Of a stretch of DNA of 64,000 bases, positions 8,903-18,151 are shown piece after piece. The stretch covers positions 19,493-83,492 of the forward strand of contig JBBTRB010000006.1 in the NCBI GenBank assembly GCA_038065395.1. The letters are read 5' to 3'. A program made the translations under genes and the position numbers. The notes beneath the pieces are model-generated. The model made no database searches. It was given only the letters and a program-made list of their open reading frames with translations, and was not told where the DNA came from. Source of the stretch: Patescibacteria group bacterium. GTDB lineage: Bacteria; Patescibacteriota; Minisyncoccia; Phycocordibacterales; PALSA-1337. The stretch's first letter is position 1; each line of letters opens with the position of its first letter.

Positions 8903-9577
8903 ATGAACGCCGCTTCGATCAAACTCGAACCCTCCTGGAAAAAGGCTTTGGGAGAAGAGTTTGCTAGACCTTATTTCCAAGAGTTATCGTCATTCGTCCG
9001 ACAGGAATATTTGACCAAGAGTATATATCCTGCACCCACAGATGTATTCCGCGCGTTCGAGATGTGCCCTTTCAACCAGGTCAAAGTCGTCATACTGGGA
9101 CAAGATCCATATCATGGAGAACGACAGGCCAATGGTCTTTCCTTTGCCGTTCATACCGGCATCCCCTTGCCACCATCACTCCGCAATATATTCAAAGAGA
9201 TCCAGGCCGACACCGGTATCACGCCTCTACCTGACGGAGACCTGTCACGCTGGGCAACTCAGGGAGTACTCCTCCTCAATGCCACCCTGACAGTACAAGC
9301 CAGCAGCCCTGGATCACATCAGAACAAAGGCTGGGAACTCTTCACTGATGCAGTCATCCGGACACTGTCCGACCAGAAAGAGCACCTTGTGTTCATCCTC
9401 TGGGGCAACTATGCCAAGAACAAAGGAGCGTTGATCAATCGCGAAAAACATCATGTCATCGAATCCCCCCACCCTTCACCTTTCTCTGCACACAATGGAT
9501 TCTTCGGATCAAAACCTTTTAGTAAGACCAATGCGTACCTGGCTTCGCAGGGTTACACGGAGATAGATTGGAGATAG
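8903..9577 (+). CDS. ung: Uracil-DNA glycosylase (family 1)
   Basis: GQDPYH, PPSLRNI, GVLLLN, HPSPFS. Confidence 0.97.
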   Translation: MNAASIKLEPSWKKALGEEFARPYFQELSSFVRQEYLTKSIYPAPTDVFRAFEMCPFNQVKVVILGQDPYHGERQANGLSFAVHTGIPLPPSLRNIFKEIQADTGITPLPDGDLSRWATQGVLLLNATLTVQASSPGSHQNKGWELFTDAVIRTLSDQKEHLVFILWGNYAKNKGALINREKHHVIESPHPSPFSAHNGFFGSKPFSKTNAYLASQGYTEIDWR

Positions 9578-11344
9578 CTAGCTTTGCCTCTTACCATGCA
9601 GCAACATCTCGACTGCATGTTCCATAGAACCAGCTTCGGTGATGGTACCCGCATTCACAAAGAAGATATCATCGGCATTGGCGATGGTATTGAGACGATG
9701 AGCAATGATCACGCGCGTCGTGGAGGCAGGTAGCTTGGCAAGGATGTCTTCGAGGATCTTCTCGGTAATAGTGTCGATATTGGCAGTCGCCTCGTCGAGG
9801 ATCAGGAGTTCGGGTTCTCGGATGATCGCCCGCATGAATGCAATGATCTGCTTCTCACCGAGTGACAACTTGCTACTCGAGCCGATCGATGTGGCGAGGC
9901 CCTGTTCGAAGCGTGAGACCAGAGCAGTGACATTGAACTTCTCTACGACTCTCATGGCTTCCTCATCTGTTATATGTTGATATTCTGGAAGTCCGTAAAA
10001 GAGGTTGTCTTTGATCGTACCACTAAAGAGGAATGGTTCCTGCAAGATGAAGCCTATCTTACGAGTACGCTCTGATGCCTCATACGAACGGATATCTTTG
10101 CCCGAAAGATAGACCGTGCCCGACGTTGGATCATAGAGACGAGCGATGAGCGAAGCGGTCGTCGTCTTGCCACCACCGGTCGGACCGACGAGTGCATAGG
10201 TCTTGCCTTTTTCGAAGACGAAATTGACATGATGCAGGACTTCTTTGCCATCAGGGTATCCGAATGACACATCTTTGAATTCAAGGAGTCCAGCACCAGA
10301 AGGAGCCTGTCCCTCTGCAGAGATGACCTCGAGATCCGACTTCATATGCAGGATGATGCCAATACGATCCCATGCAGCTAGTGCCGTCTGTAGTGTCGAC
10401 CAGAGGCGTGCCATCTCGCGCAACGGATCATAGAAACGTGTGACGTATATGACATAACTAACGAGAAGTCCTATAGCCAACTCTCCGGTACCCACGAGAT
10501 AGAGACCGAAGGCCATGACGATGACGAGCGCAATGTTGCCCATCCATTCGAAGGTTGGGGTAAAGAGTTCGTTTGCAACTCCAGCACCGAATGCTGCTTT
10601 GAAGTTCGCGGTATTGGCCTCGCCAAAACGTTTCTTGAAATAATCTCGTCTGTTGAATGCGATGATCACCTTGAAGTTGGCGATCGTTTCTTGGATCTCT
10701 CCACTGAGGTTACCTCCTGCAGAGAGGCTCTTTTTGTTGACACGTCCAACCCACGCAGACACTACCTGAGTGAAGATCACGATCACAACCGCTGGCAAGA
10801 GTGCGCCGATACCGAGCTTCCACTGTATCGCAAGGATGAATATTCCTGCACCCATAACCATGAAGACACTGCCGACGAACCGCATCAGACCCTGTGAGAA
10901 GAACTCATTGACCTTCTCGGTATCACTGTTAACGCGCGAGATCAGATCTCCCGCCTTGTTCTGGTTGAAGAATGCTAGTGGCAGTGCTTGGATCTGTACG
11001 AAAAGATCATTACGCAACTGCCAGAGGGTGCGCTGTGCCACACCCCCCATGACACGGATCTGGACGTAGTTGGATACAAATGCGATGACGAAGATCACTG
11101 CCAGAGCAACTCCCGCTACAACTACCCCCCGATAGTCACCAGGGATCACGTAACGGTCGATGGTATATCCGATACCGAGCGGTCCCAGGAGGTTGAACAG
11201 CGAGTTCGCCAAGACTGCTATGAAGGCGACGATGATCCCCTTTTTTTCTTGCGCGAGGAGGGGCAACATCTTGCGGAAGGCACCGAGGAATGAGCCTTTG
11301 CGCGTATCATCGATATGATCTTTGAGTGAGTAGTTAGTTTTCAT
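9578..11344 (-). CDS. ABC exporter, fused TMD-NBD subunit (heterodimer partner)
   Basis: TM domain, Walker A GPTGGGKT, LSLGEKQ signature, LDEAT, IAHRL; start MKTNY at 11344. Confidence 0.92.
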   Translation of the reverse strand: MKTNYSLKDHIDDTRKGSFLGAFRKMLPLLAQEKKGIIVAFIAVLANSLFNLLGPLGIGYTIDRYVIPGDYRGVVVAGVALAVIFVIAFVSNYVQIRVMGGVAQRTLWQLRNDLFVQIQALPLAFFNQNKAGDLISRVNSDTEKVNEFFSQGLMRFVGSVFMVMGAGIFILAIQWKLGIGALLPAVVIVIFTQVVSAWVGRVNKKSLSAGGNLSGEIQETIANFKVIIAFNRRDYFKKRFGEANTANFKAAFGAGVANELFTPTFEWMGNIALVIVMAFGLYLVGTGELAIGLLVSYVIYVTRFYDPLREMARLWSTLQTALAAWDRIGIILHMKSDLEVISAEGQAPSGAGLLEFKDVSFGYPDGKEVLHHVNFVFEKGKTYALVGPTGGGKTTTASLIARLYDPTSGTVYLSGKDIRSYEASERTRKIGFILQEPFLFSGTIKDNLFYGLPEYQHITDEEAMRVVEKFNVTALVSRFEQGLATSIGSSSKLSLGEKQIIAFMRAIIREPELLILDEATANIDTITEKILEDILAKLPASTTRVIIAHRLNTIANADDIFFVNAGTITEAGSMEHAVEMLLHGKRQS

Positions 11345-13085
11345 AGGTGTTGGTGCTTTTTTGTGATTCCATGATCTGGACATACTCTGGTGAGGTCACA
11401 CTGAGCTCAGCATGACTACCCTCTGCGATCACCTCTCCTTCCATGAGCAGAATGATCTTGTCGAACTCTTCTATAGATCGGATCTTTTGGGTCACGGAGA
11501 CCAGAGTGATGTGAGGATACATCGTCTCGATGTTCTTGAGGATCTTGCGTTCGGTAGACTCATCGACGCGTGCGGTGAAGTCATCGAGCAGGATCACCTG
11601 AGGATTGAGTGCGAGCGCGCGAGCCAGCATGATGCGCTGTTTCTGACCCCCAGAGAGAGACGTACCGCGCTCTGACACCATACTCTCGAGACCCTTGGGC
11701 AACGTATGGATGAAGTCACCGAGTTCGGCGGCACGTATCGCCTTGTCAGTATTCTCTGCGCTGACTTTGGAACTAAAGGCGACGTTCTCTCGGAGACTGA
11801 CGTTGAACAACACACTGTCCTGGAAGACCAGTGCCACCTGCGAGTACAGAGTTTCTTTGGAATAATACGAGATCGGATGACCGTCGTAGGTGACCTTACC
11901 TTCATTGAGTGCTGTCAGTCCCATCATCACCTGGAGGAGCTGAGTCTTGCCTGCGGCGGTTGGACCGATGATAGCAGTCTTGGTGCCGGCTTTGATAGCA
12001 AAAGAAACATCATCGAGGATCTTCTTCTCTCCATAGACAAGCGTTGCATGTGAGACCTCGATGTCACCACGGATCTGTGTGCCAGTAACACCGGTATCAG
12101 GTTCATCAGGGAGACTCAAGACTTCCCTGATGCGACTGTATGAGGCCTGAGCTCGAGAGATGATACTCGATACGAAACCGAGCATAATAAAAGGAAAGAT
12201 CAGGATGAATACATAACTATTGAATGCAGCGAAATCTCCGAGTGACAACGTGCCCGTAATGACGAACTTGCCTCCCAAGAGCAATATAACGAGTGATGCC
12301 ATGTTGGAGATCGCTCCGATGGCTGGTATCACCAATGAGAATAATTTCAAAATCTTGAGTCCGGTAGTACGAGCATCGGTGTTGACGGTGTCGAACTTGG
12401 CATGCTCGAGCTTGCCCGAGTCGAAGACACGGATGATGGCCGAGCCGATGATACTCTCGTTCATGATGGTGTTGAATGAGTCGACGAGACTCTGCGTTTT
12501 CTTGAAAAGCGGGCCGAGCTGTTTGAATACAAAGAAGAAGAGCACTCCGACCAATGGCACGATAGTCAACACTCCGAGAGCCAATCTCCAGTCGATATGG
12601 ATGAGGAGCGCCGATGCGCCGATGATAACCACAACCGAAGATATGACGGTCGCCACACCCATCGAAAGAAAGACCTTGATAGCATCGATATCTGAAGTGA
12701 GGTTGGTCAGGAGTTTGGCTGGAGTCTCCTGCTCGAGTCGTGCAAAGGTCATACCCGAGATCTTGTCTGCGAGCTCCTCACGAATAGCGTGTGCGGCTTT
12801 CTCGGAGAGGTATGACTGGAATATTCCCTGAAAATAGGTGAAGGCGAAAATGAGTACAGAGAGGATCAGGAACTGTATATAGAAGGACGAAGCAATACTC
12901 TCCCCTCGTGAATACATGTCGATACCCATCGAAATGTATTTCGGTACCGCCAACCCCAACCCATTACCCACGATGGTTGCCACCGCCAAAAGTGATGTCA
13001 GCAACGCATACTGCCGAAGCATCGAGAACATACTCGGCTGTGACTTTTTGGATTCTGTTTTGGATTCCTGAACGAGTTCTGCCAT
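11334..13085 (-). CDS. ABC exporter, fused TMD-NBD subunit with degenerate site
   Basis: GPTAAGKT, LSGGQKQR, LDDFT (D replaces catalytic E), TQK switch; typical heterodimeric exporter pair. Confidence 0.92.
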   Translation of the reverse strand: MAELVQESKTESKKSQPSMFSMLRQYALLTSLLAVATIVGNGLGLAVPKYISMGIDMYSRGESIASSFYIQFLILSVLIFAFTYFQGIFQSYLSEKAAHAIREELADKISGMTFARLEQETPAKLLTNLTSDIDAIKVFLSMGVATVISSVVVIIGASALLIHIDWRLALGVLTIVPLVGVLFFFVFKQLGPLFKKTQSLVDSFNTIMNESIIGSAIIRVFDSGKLEHAKFDTVNTDARTTGLKILKLFSLVIPAIGAISNMASLVILLLGGKFVITGTLSLGDFAAFNSYVFILIFPFIMLGFVSSIISRAQASYSRIREVLSLPDEPDTGVTGTQIRGDIEVSHATLVYGEKKILDDVSFAIKAGTKTAIIGPTAAGKTQLLQVMMGLTALNEGKVTYDGHPISYYSKETLYSQVALVFQDSVLFNVSLRENVAFSSKVSAENTDKAIRAAELGDFIHTLPKGLESMVSERGTSLSGGQKQRIMLARALALNPQVILLDDFTARVDESTERKILKNIETMYPHITLVSVTQKIRSIEEFDKIILLMEGEVIAEGSHAELSVTSPEYVQIMESQKSTNTYEN

Positions 13086-13148
13086 ATAATTGAGCTTTTC
13101 AAGGTAACACAGAAAGCGCGGTTTGGAAAGTCGGTTTCCTGATTCCTA

Positions 13149-13325
13149 TTCACTGCGGAGAGAGGGAGATTCGAGTCCTACAGACTCTGTACAGGTTTCA
13201 CATTTTCTCATCCTCGACAAGCTCGGACTCGAAAATATGTTCAACCTTTTCGAATCCCTCACGCAACGTGCTCAAGCACGTTGCTTCTCCTTGTTCACGA
13301 AATCGCAAGCGATTTCAGTTCACTG
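13149..13325 (-). repeat. 170-bp tRNA-linked element with duplicated tRNA-Ser(CGA) 3' end
   Basis: 26-bp direct repeat ttcactgcggagagagggagattcga at 13149-13174 and 13319-13344; interior homologous to 51192-51363. Confidence 0.85.
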
Positions 13326-13412
13326 CGGAGAGAGGGAGATTCGAACTCCCGAGGAACTTTCGCCCCTGCCACTTTTCGAAAGTGGTGCATTCAACCACTC
13401 TGCCATCTCTCC
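13326..13412 (-). tRNA. tRNA-Ser(CGA)
   Basis: Reverse complement gives GGAGAGA acceptor, CCACT-TT-CGA-AA-AGTGG anticodon arm, long variable arm, G73. Confidence 0.95.
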
Positions 13413-13565
13413 GTGTTGTATACTCGCAAGCAAGGTCCGACCTCGCTATTGAGCCCTATTACCCTACCATCTTTTGGGTATATCTGTAAAAAGGGGTGAC
13501 CTGCCAGACATATTCTCAAATCGATAGTCTTATGTTATATTTGGTTTTACCAAAACAGGTATTTT

Positions 13566-13640
13566 GGCCCTATCGTCTAACGGTTAGGACAGCGGGTTTT
13601 CAATCCGCTAATCCGGGTTCGATTCCCGGTAGGGTCACCA
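13566..13640 (+). tRNA. tRNA-Glu(TTC)
   Basis: GGCCCTA/TAGGGTC acceptor, GCGGG-TT-TTC-AA-TCCGC, encoded CCA. Confidence 0.93.
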
Positions 13641-13670
13641 ATTTAGCTATCTCGAAATATTTTCATCTTC

Positions 13671-14042
13671 ATGACCCCCACGAAAACCATTGAATCGTAT
13701 CTGCAATCCCAACCACTAGAAGTTCGCAAACGCCTGTCTCAGATACGTGCAACTATCCGCAAAGTCGCACCGAAAGCGACCGAAGGGATCAAGTGGAGCA
13801 TGCCTTCATTTTCCATGAAACGAATATTGGTCATCTATGGCGGGTTCAAGAACCATATCGGCTTCTACCCTACCCCAAGTACGATACAAGCCTTCTCGAA
13901 AGAGCTCAAAGAGTACAAGCATGCTCCTGGTTCGGTGCAGTTCCCCCATGACCAACCATTGCCTCTAACCCTTATCGCCAAGATGACGAAGTTCCGCCTC
14001 ACCGAGAGTCTCGAGGATGATCGTAAGTGGATTGAGAAATAA
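13671..14042 (+). CDS. DUF1801 (YdhG-like) protein
   Basis: IESYL...R..IRKVAP.A.EGIKWSMP...FKNHIGFYP...GSVQFP..QPLP. Confidence 0.85.
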   Translation: MTPTKTIESYLQSQPLEVRKRLSQIRATIRKVAPKATEGIKWSMPSFSMKRILVIYGGFKNHIGFYPTPSTIQAFSKELKEYKHAPGSVQFPHDQPLPLTLIAKMTKFRLTESLEDDRKWIEK

Positions 14043-14054
14043 TTATTGGGTAAT

Positions 14055-14360
14055 AAAAAATCCTCCACCGAAGTGAAGGACGGAAATTGAGGAGAGTTGA
14101 AACCTACCACGAAACTGACAATGTCAGAACGAAAACGACTGAACCTTGGCAACGGTGTCTTGTCTTCGTATACTCAACGATTCTGCGAAATGCGTCGCAT
14201 GTCTGCTGAGCTCATTCATCCAAAGCTTCGGTACTTCTGCGTTGCCAACGCGAGTTTGACGATTGTAGCCGTCGTAACCTTAGCTATTGATCTGGGTTTT
14301 TAACCCTCTCGTCACCTACACAGTGTGTAGCGCATGACTTTCGGCACTCAACTCTCCGTT
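14055..14360 (-). ncRNA. Putative structured non-coding RNA (~300 nt), unassigned
   Basis: Minus-strand promoter TTGCAT-17-TAATAT (14393-14365), 10-bp end pairing 14091-14100/14348-14357, internal stems, UUCG terminator with T6 at 14055-14080. Confidence 0.5.
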
Positions 14361-14480
14361 GGAGATATTACACAAAGACCTCTATAAATGCAACATACCA
14401 TAGATTTTTCCCCTCCTTTTTGCTAGACTGCATTTTATGGAGGCTGATTAAATATAGTAGAGGTTTCAAAGCTTATATAT

Positions 14481-14556
14481 GCGCGGTTAGCTCAGTTGGT
14501 AGAGCATCCCCTTGACGTGGGGAGGGTCACAGGTTCGAATCCTGTATCGCGCACCA
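14481..14556 (+). tRNA. tRNA-Val(GAC)
   Basis: GCGCGGT/ATCGCGC acceptor, TCCCC-TT-GAC-GT-GGGGA, encoded CCA. Confidence 0.96.
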
Positions 14557-14559
14557 AAA

Positions 14560-14640
14560 TAAACATTCAACCATTGAACAATTAAACTAGTGAGGGTCTT
14601 CTAATGGTGAAATGGTCTAATGGTTCAATAGTTAAATAAT
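14560..14640. repeat. Degenerate 8-bp tandem repeats in inverted arrangement
   Basis: (AACnATTn)x3 facing (AATGGTnn)x4-5; similar units at 45117-45145. Confidence 0.55.
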
Positions 14641-14643
14641 GAA

Positions 14644-15828
14644 ATGATCATTCTCGGCATAGAAACAAGTTGTGATGAGACGGCACTCGCATTGATCGAG
14701 ACACGTGAAAATGCAGGTGCCACAGAGTATCGAGTGATCAACTCACTCGTCCATTCACAGGCAAGCCTCCATAGTCAGTATGGCGGAGTATATCCCGCAC
14801 TAGCCAAGCGTGAACATGGCAAGCATATCTTCCCTCTGCTCCAGAAGATCCTGGCCGATCTTCCGGTATCACAAAAAGTAGCAGATCTCAGCGGGGTAAC
14901 AGAGAGATTCCGTTCGGATCTTTCGGCACAGAACCCAGAGTTACTCGAGGCATTACAGGGTTCTTCATTCCTCTCTACTATCCCGACCATAGACCAGATC
15001 ACTGTCACCGAGGGACCAGGGCTTGAGCCGGCACTGTGGGTTGGTATCACTGCTGCCAAGATCCTCTCCACACTCTGGAATGTTCCCATCATCCCCGTCA
15101 ACCACATGGAGGGTCATGTGGTCGGCTCACTCTTGCAGGATGATGCATCGACCAGTCGAACCTGGCAGAAACTCAAACCTGTCGCCTATCCAAGCTTGGC
15201 ACTTCTCATCAGTGGCGGACATACCGAGCTCGTGTCGATAGAGAAGATTGGTACCTATAGCATCATCGGCAAGACCCGCGACGATGCCGTCGGTGAGGCC
15301 TACGACAAAGCCGCCCGACTCCTCGGACTCCCCTATCCTGGTGGACCAGAGCTTGCCCACCTGGCACACAAGGGACGCGACGAGAACATTCCTGCACCTG
15401 TTGCACTTCCTCGTCCGATGATACAGAGTGGTGATCTCGACTTTTCTTTCTCAGGACTTAAGACGGCCGTACTCTATGCTGTACGTGCAGCCGAAAAAGA
15501 TGGCGTATTCGATGATCATTTCAAGCTCGGCCTCGCGCGTGAGTTCGAACAAGCGATCACTGATACTCTGGTACACAAAGTAACCAACGCACTCGAAAAG
15601 ACTGGTGCGCAGACGTTGATCCTCGGGGGCGGCGTCAGTGCCAACACATACATATGCGAACACATCTCTACGAAAGCCCGAGAATACGACGCTCAGATAC
15701 TCCTGCCTTCTCGACATATCTCGGGTGACAATGCCCTGATGATCGCCCTTGCAGGATCATTCTATACAGCAACCAAAACGCCCGGAGATATCCGGGCGCA
15801 TGGTACCAAACAATTGGGTTTGAATTAG
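14644..15828 (+). CDS. tsaD: tRNA N6-threonylcarbamoyladenosine synthesis protein TsaD
   Basis: LGIETSCDET, HMEGH, SGGHT, DDAVGEAYDK, FSFSGLKT, DNALMIA. Confidence 0.97.
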   Translation: MIILGIETSCDETALALIETRENAGATEYRVINSLVHSQASLHSQYGGVYPALAKREHGKHIFPLLQKILADLPVSQKVADLSGVTERFRSDLSAQNPELLEALQGSSFLSTIPTIDQITVTEGPGLEPALWVGITAAKILSTLWNVPIIPVNHMEGHVVGSLLQDDASTSRTWQKLKPVAYPSLALLISGGHTELVSIEKIGTYSIIGKTRDDAVGEAYDKAARLLGLPYPGGPELAHLAHKGRDENIPAPVALPRPMIQSGDLDFSFSGLKTAVLYAVRAAEKDGVFDDHFKLGLAREFEQAITDTLVHKVTNALEKTGAQTLILGGGVSANTYICEHISTKAREYDAQILLPSRHISGDNALMIALAGSFYTATKTPGDIRAHGTKQLGLN

Positions 15829-15831
15829 AGG

Positions 15832-16692
15832 TTATCTGAAGAGACCGGTCATGAAGTTCCAGAAACGCTTGAGGACAGGAGCCTGAGCGGCACCAGCAAC
15901 ATTAGAATCTGTGCCTGTTGTTACATCGTCAGCAGAACCAACTTCAACGCCACTGAGATCGATCGAAGATGAACCTTCGACAGAACCAGAGACAAAAGTC
16001 TGTGATCCGTATGCCTTGATGATAGCGAGTTCAGAAGCAGACAATGTCATTGACTGTTTGCAGGCGATGTCATTGATCTTCTTGATCGTAGTGATGTATG
16101 CGATACCAGAAGCACGTGTTGCATCCCATGGTGCAAGGATAGTGTCCTTGTACTTGATCTGGAATGACTTCACAGCAACTTCGGTCTGCGCATCGAATGA
16201 ACCGTTGACTTCAACGTTCATCTTTTCGACATCCTTGAGGAATGCCTGGAGACGTGCAACTTCTGCAGCGTCATTCTTGGCACCCATCTTGAGAATATTT
16301 GAAGTGATCAAAGGACATGAAGCTGAAACAGCTGATGAACTTGATCCACCTGAACGACGACGGGATGAGCCGCTGTTAGAAGAAGTGTTGCTGTCGGTAG
16401 GGGTAGTGACAACAGTCTTGTCATCATCATCTCCATTAGAAACAGTGGTTGTAACACTGGTATTCTGAGGTTCAGAGAATCCTGCAACATCGTCTCCACC
16501 GTTGGACACGGTAGTAGTGACAGTTGCACTCTCTGCCTCTGCGAAACCAGCAGTATCATCTGATCCGTTAGAAACAGTGGTCGAAGTCACGATGTCATCT
16601 CCGCCATTGGATACCTGTGCTGAGACAGGAGTTACCAAGAGGAAAAGAGCCACAATGACTGCAAATACTGAGATAAATAGGCGAATTTTCAT
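15832..16692 (-). CDS. Secreted protein with VSNGxDD repeats and a peptidoglycan-binding-like domain
   Basis: Signal peptide; four VSNG(G/S/D)DD repeats; LKMG..N...EVARLQAFL...G.FD.QTE.AVKSFQ. Confidence 0.8.
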   Translation of the reverse strand: MKIRLFISVFAVIVALFLLVTPVSAQVSNGGDDIVTSTTVSNGSDDTAGFAEAESATVTTTVSNGGDDVAGFSEPQNTSVTTTVSNGDDDDKTVVTTPTDSNTSSNSGSSRRRSGGSSSSAVSASCPLITSNILKMGAKNDAAEVARLQAFLKDVEKMNVEVNGSFDAQTEVAVKSFQIKYKDTILAPWDATRASGIAYITTIKKINDIACKQSMTLSASELAIIKAYGSQTFVSGSVEGSSSIDLSGVEVGSADDVTTGTDSNVAGAAQAPVLKRFWNFMTGLFR

Positions 16693-16873
16693 AATAAATA
16701 TAAGTTTTTTAACCTGCTTCTAGTAATATGTCTGTTCGAAACAGTAACGAGAGACTACCATACATGATAGTTATTGTCAATGGATTTTACGGTTCCCCGA
16801 ACAGACCTGAAGCCAATAGAAAAACCTCACCGTCTGTAACAACGATGAGGCTTGAAGCGTATAAAACGCGAAT

Positions 16874-17974
16874 TTAAGGCAAGATCGCCTTGATTCTGAA
16901 GAACGTCTGTCCAAAAGGAGGGATATTCGCACGAACGCTCTCTCCTTTGAACACATTGAGCTCGTATTCATTCCAGGGATCCATGAAGTCAGGAGACGAC
17001 TGGAAGTGGTAGGTGACATCATCCTGTCCGGCAACGACCTCCATGAGGAGTTCAGTTACCTGACCAGTACTGGAACGAGCATCAGCGACGATCGTCAATG
17101 TCGGCAACTCTGCCGTAACCGTCTGAGTGTCGATCACAACCCCTGACCTGATCAGCTCGGCAGTGAAGGTAGGGGCTCCAGTGATGAATTGGTTTTTGAC
17201 CTGATCCATACTCGAAGGGCTACCGACAGTGACGACGACGGTGGCACCAAATCTGACCCAGGCATGATAGCTGACCGATGAGGGCAATTGTCCATTGGAA
17301 TAGACCTTATCATCACCTCGTTCTGTCCAGGTACCCGTTTCAGGATCATTCGTTGACTCCATAACCTCGTTGGGCCCAAAATTGAGTCCTACGAAGTTGA
17401 CATTGAACGGCAACTCCTGTCGCGTCTGCGAATCGTTGCCGATAGCGAACGTAGATGAAGTGATGTTCGTCAGGGTACTTGCGATCCTGCACTGATATGC
17501 ACTCACTGGATACTGTCCCGTGGCACTGATGACCATACGATTGCCACGTTGAGTAAGGAGGTTGTCGGCGATGTTCGTGCCTGTCTTGCCACGCCACATA
17601 CCGAAGGTGCTGGAGGCGATGACATGATGCCATTGCCAGCCATTGGTCGGAATAACGTACCATCCCTCTGGATGATCAGGGCTCGTATTGACAGTCATGC
17701 CAATGAGACCACCAATCGCGTTACGCCTGTTTTGTGTAACGCTTGGCGAAGCTCCTACACAGACCGAGGAGATAGCCAGACGTTCAGGACGTGAGGCAAT
17801 CTGGGGCAGCGAGCCGCCGGACGAACCTGCTGCCGAAATCAAAGGGTCACTAGACGCCTTGGATTTGGCCGGCTTTTCGACTTTGATGAGGGTGATTTCG
17901 GACGCATGCACCGCAACAGACAAGAGGGTCATTGCGACACATGTCAGGAGGAGAGATAACCGTGTTGTTTTCAT
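16874..17974 (-). CDS. Secreted hypothetical protein with C-terminal YxFQSS...W...FFR module
   Basis: Signal peptide (VAVHA-S), beta-rich body, terminator-like hairpin at ~16820-16852. Confidence 0.75.
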   Translation of the reverse strand: MKTTRLSLLLTCVAMTLLSVAVHASEITLIKVEKPAKSKASSDPLISAAGSSGGSLPQIASRPERLAISSVCVGASPSVTQNRRNAIGGLIGMTVNTSPDHPEGWYVIPTNGWQWHHVIASSTFGMWRGKTGTNIADNLLTQRGNRMVISATGQYPVSAYQCRIASTLTNITSSTFAIGNDSQTRQELPFNVNFVGLNFGPNEVMESTNDPETGTWTERGDDKVYSNGQLPSSVSYHAWVRFGATVVVTVGSPSSMDQVKNQFITGAPTFTAELIRSGVVIDTQTVTAELPTLTIVADARSSTGQVTELLMEVVAGQDDVTYHFQSSPDFMDPWNEYELNVFKGESVRANIPPFGQTFFRIKAILP

Positions 17975-18151
17975 TCGATAGTACTGGTTTGTTTTGTTGT
18001 GGAATTCGCTTGTTACGTCAGAGAACCTATCGGTTCTCTACAAGATCTGGTCAATGTATAACTTATATTGAGTCTTTTGTCAATACCCAGTACCCTTGAG
18101 TTATTATTCCACAGGGCTCAGCATAACCCCGTGATATACTGATACAAACGT

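Noticed and set aside
13149-13344. tRNA 3' duplications as attL/attR of a prophage or island
   Set aside because: Only 170 bp apart with no integrase or cargo; reported instead as a mini-element.
13123-13499. ORFs spanning tRNA-Ser(CGA), and 51039-51746 spanning tRNA-Ser(GGA), which share FESLTQ.AQA and DSVQVS peptides
   Set aside because: The similarity comes from translating the tRNA and the 170-bp nucleotide element; there is no sign of real coding.
14091-14357. Retron msr-msd, tmRNA or SRP RNA identity for the structured region
   Set aside because: No reverse transcriptase nearby, no tRNA-Ala-like ends, no SRP GGAA/AGCAG motif.
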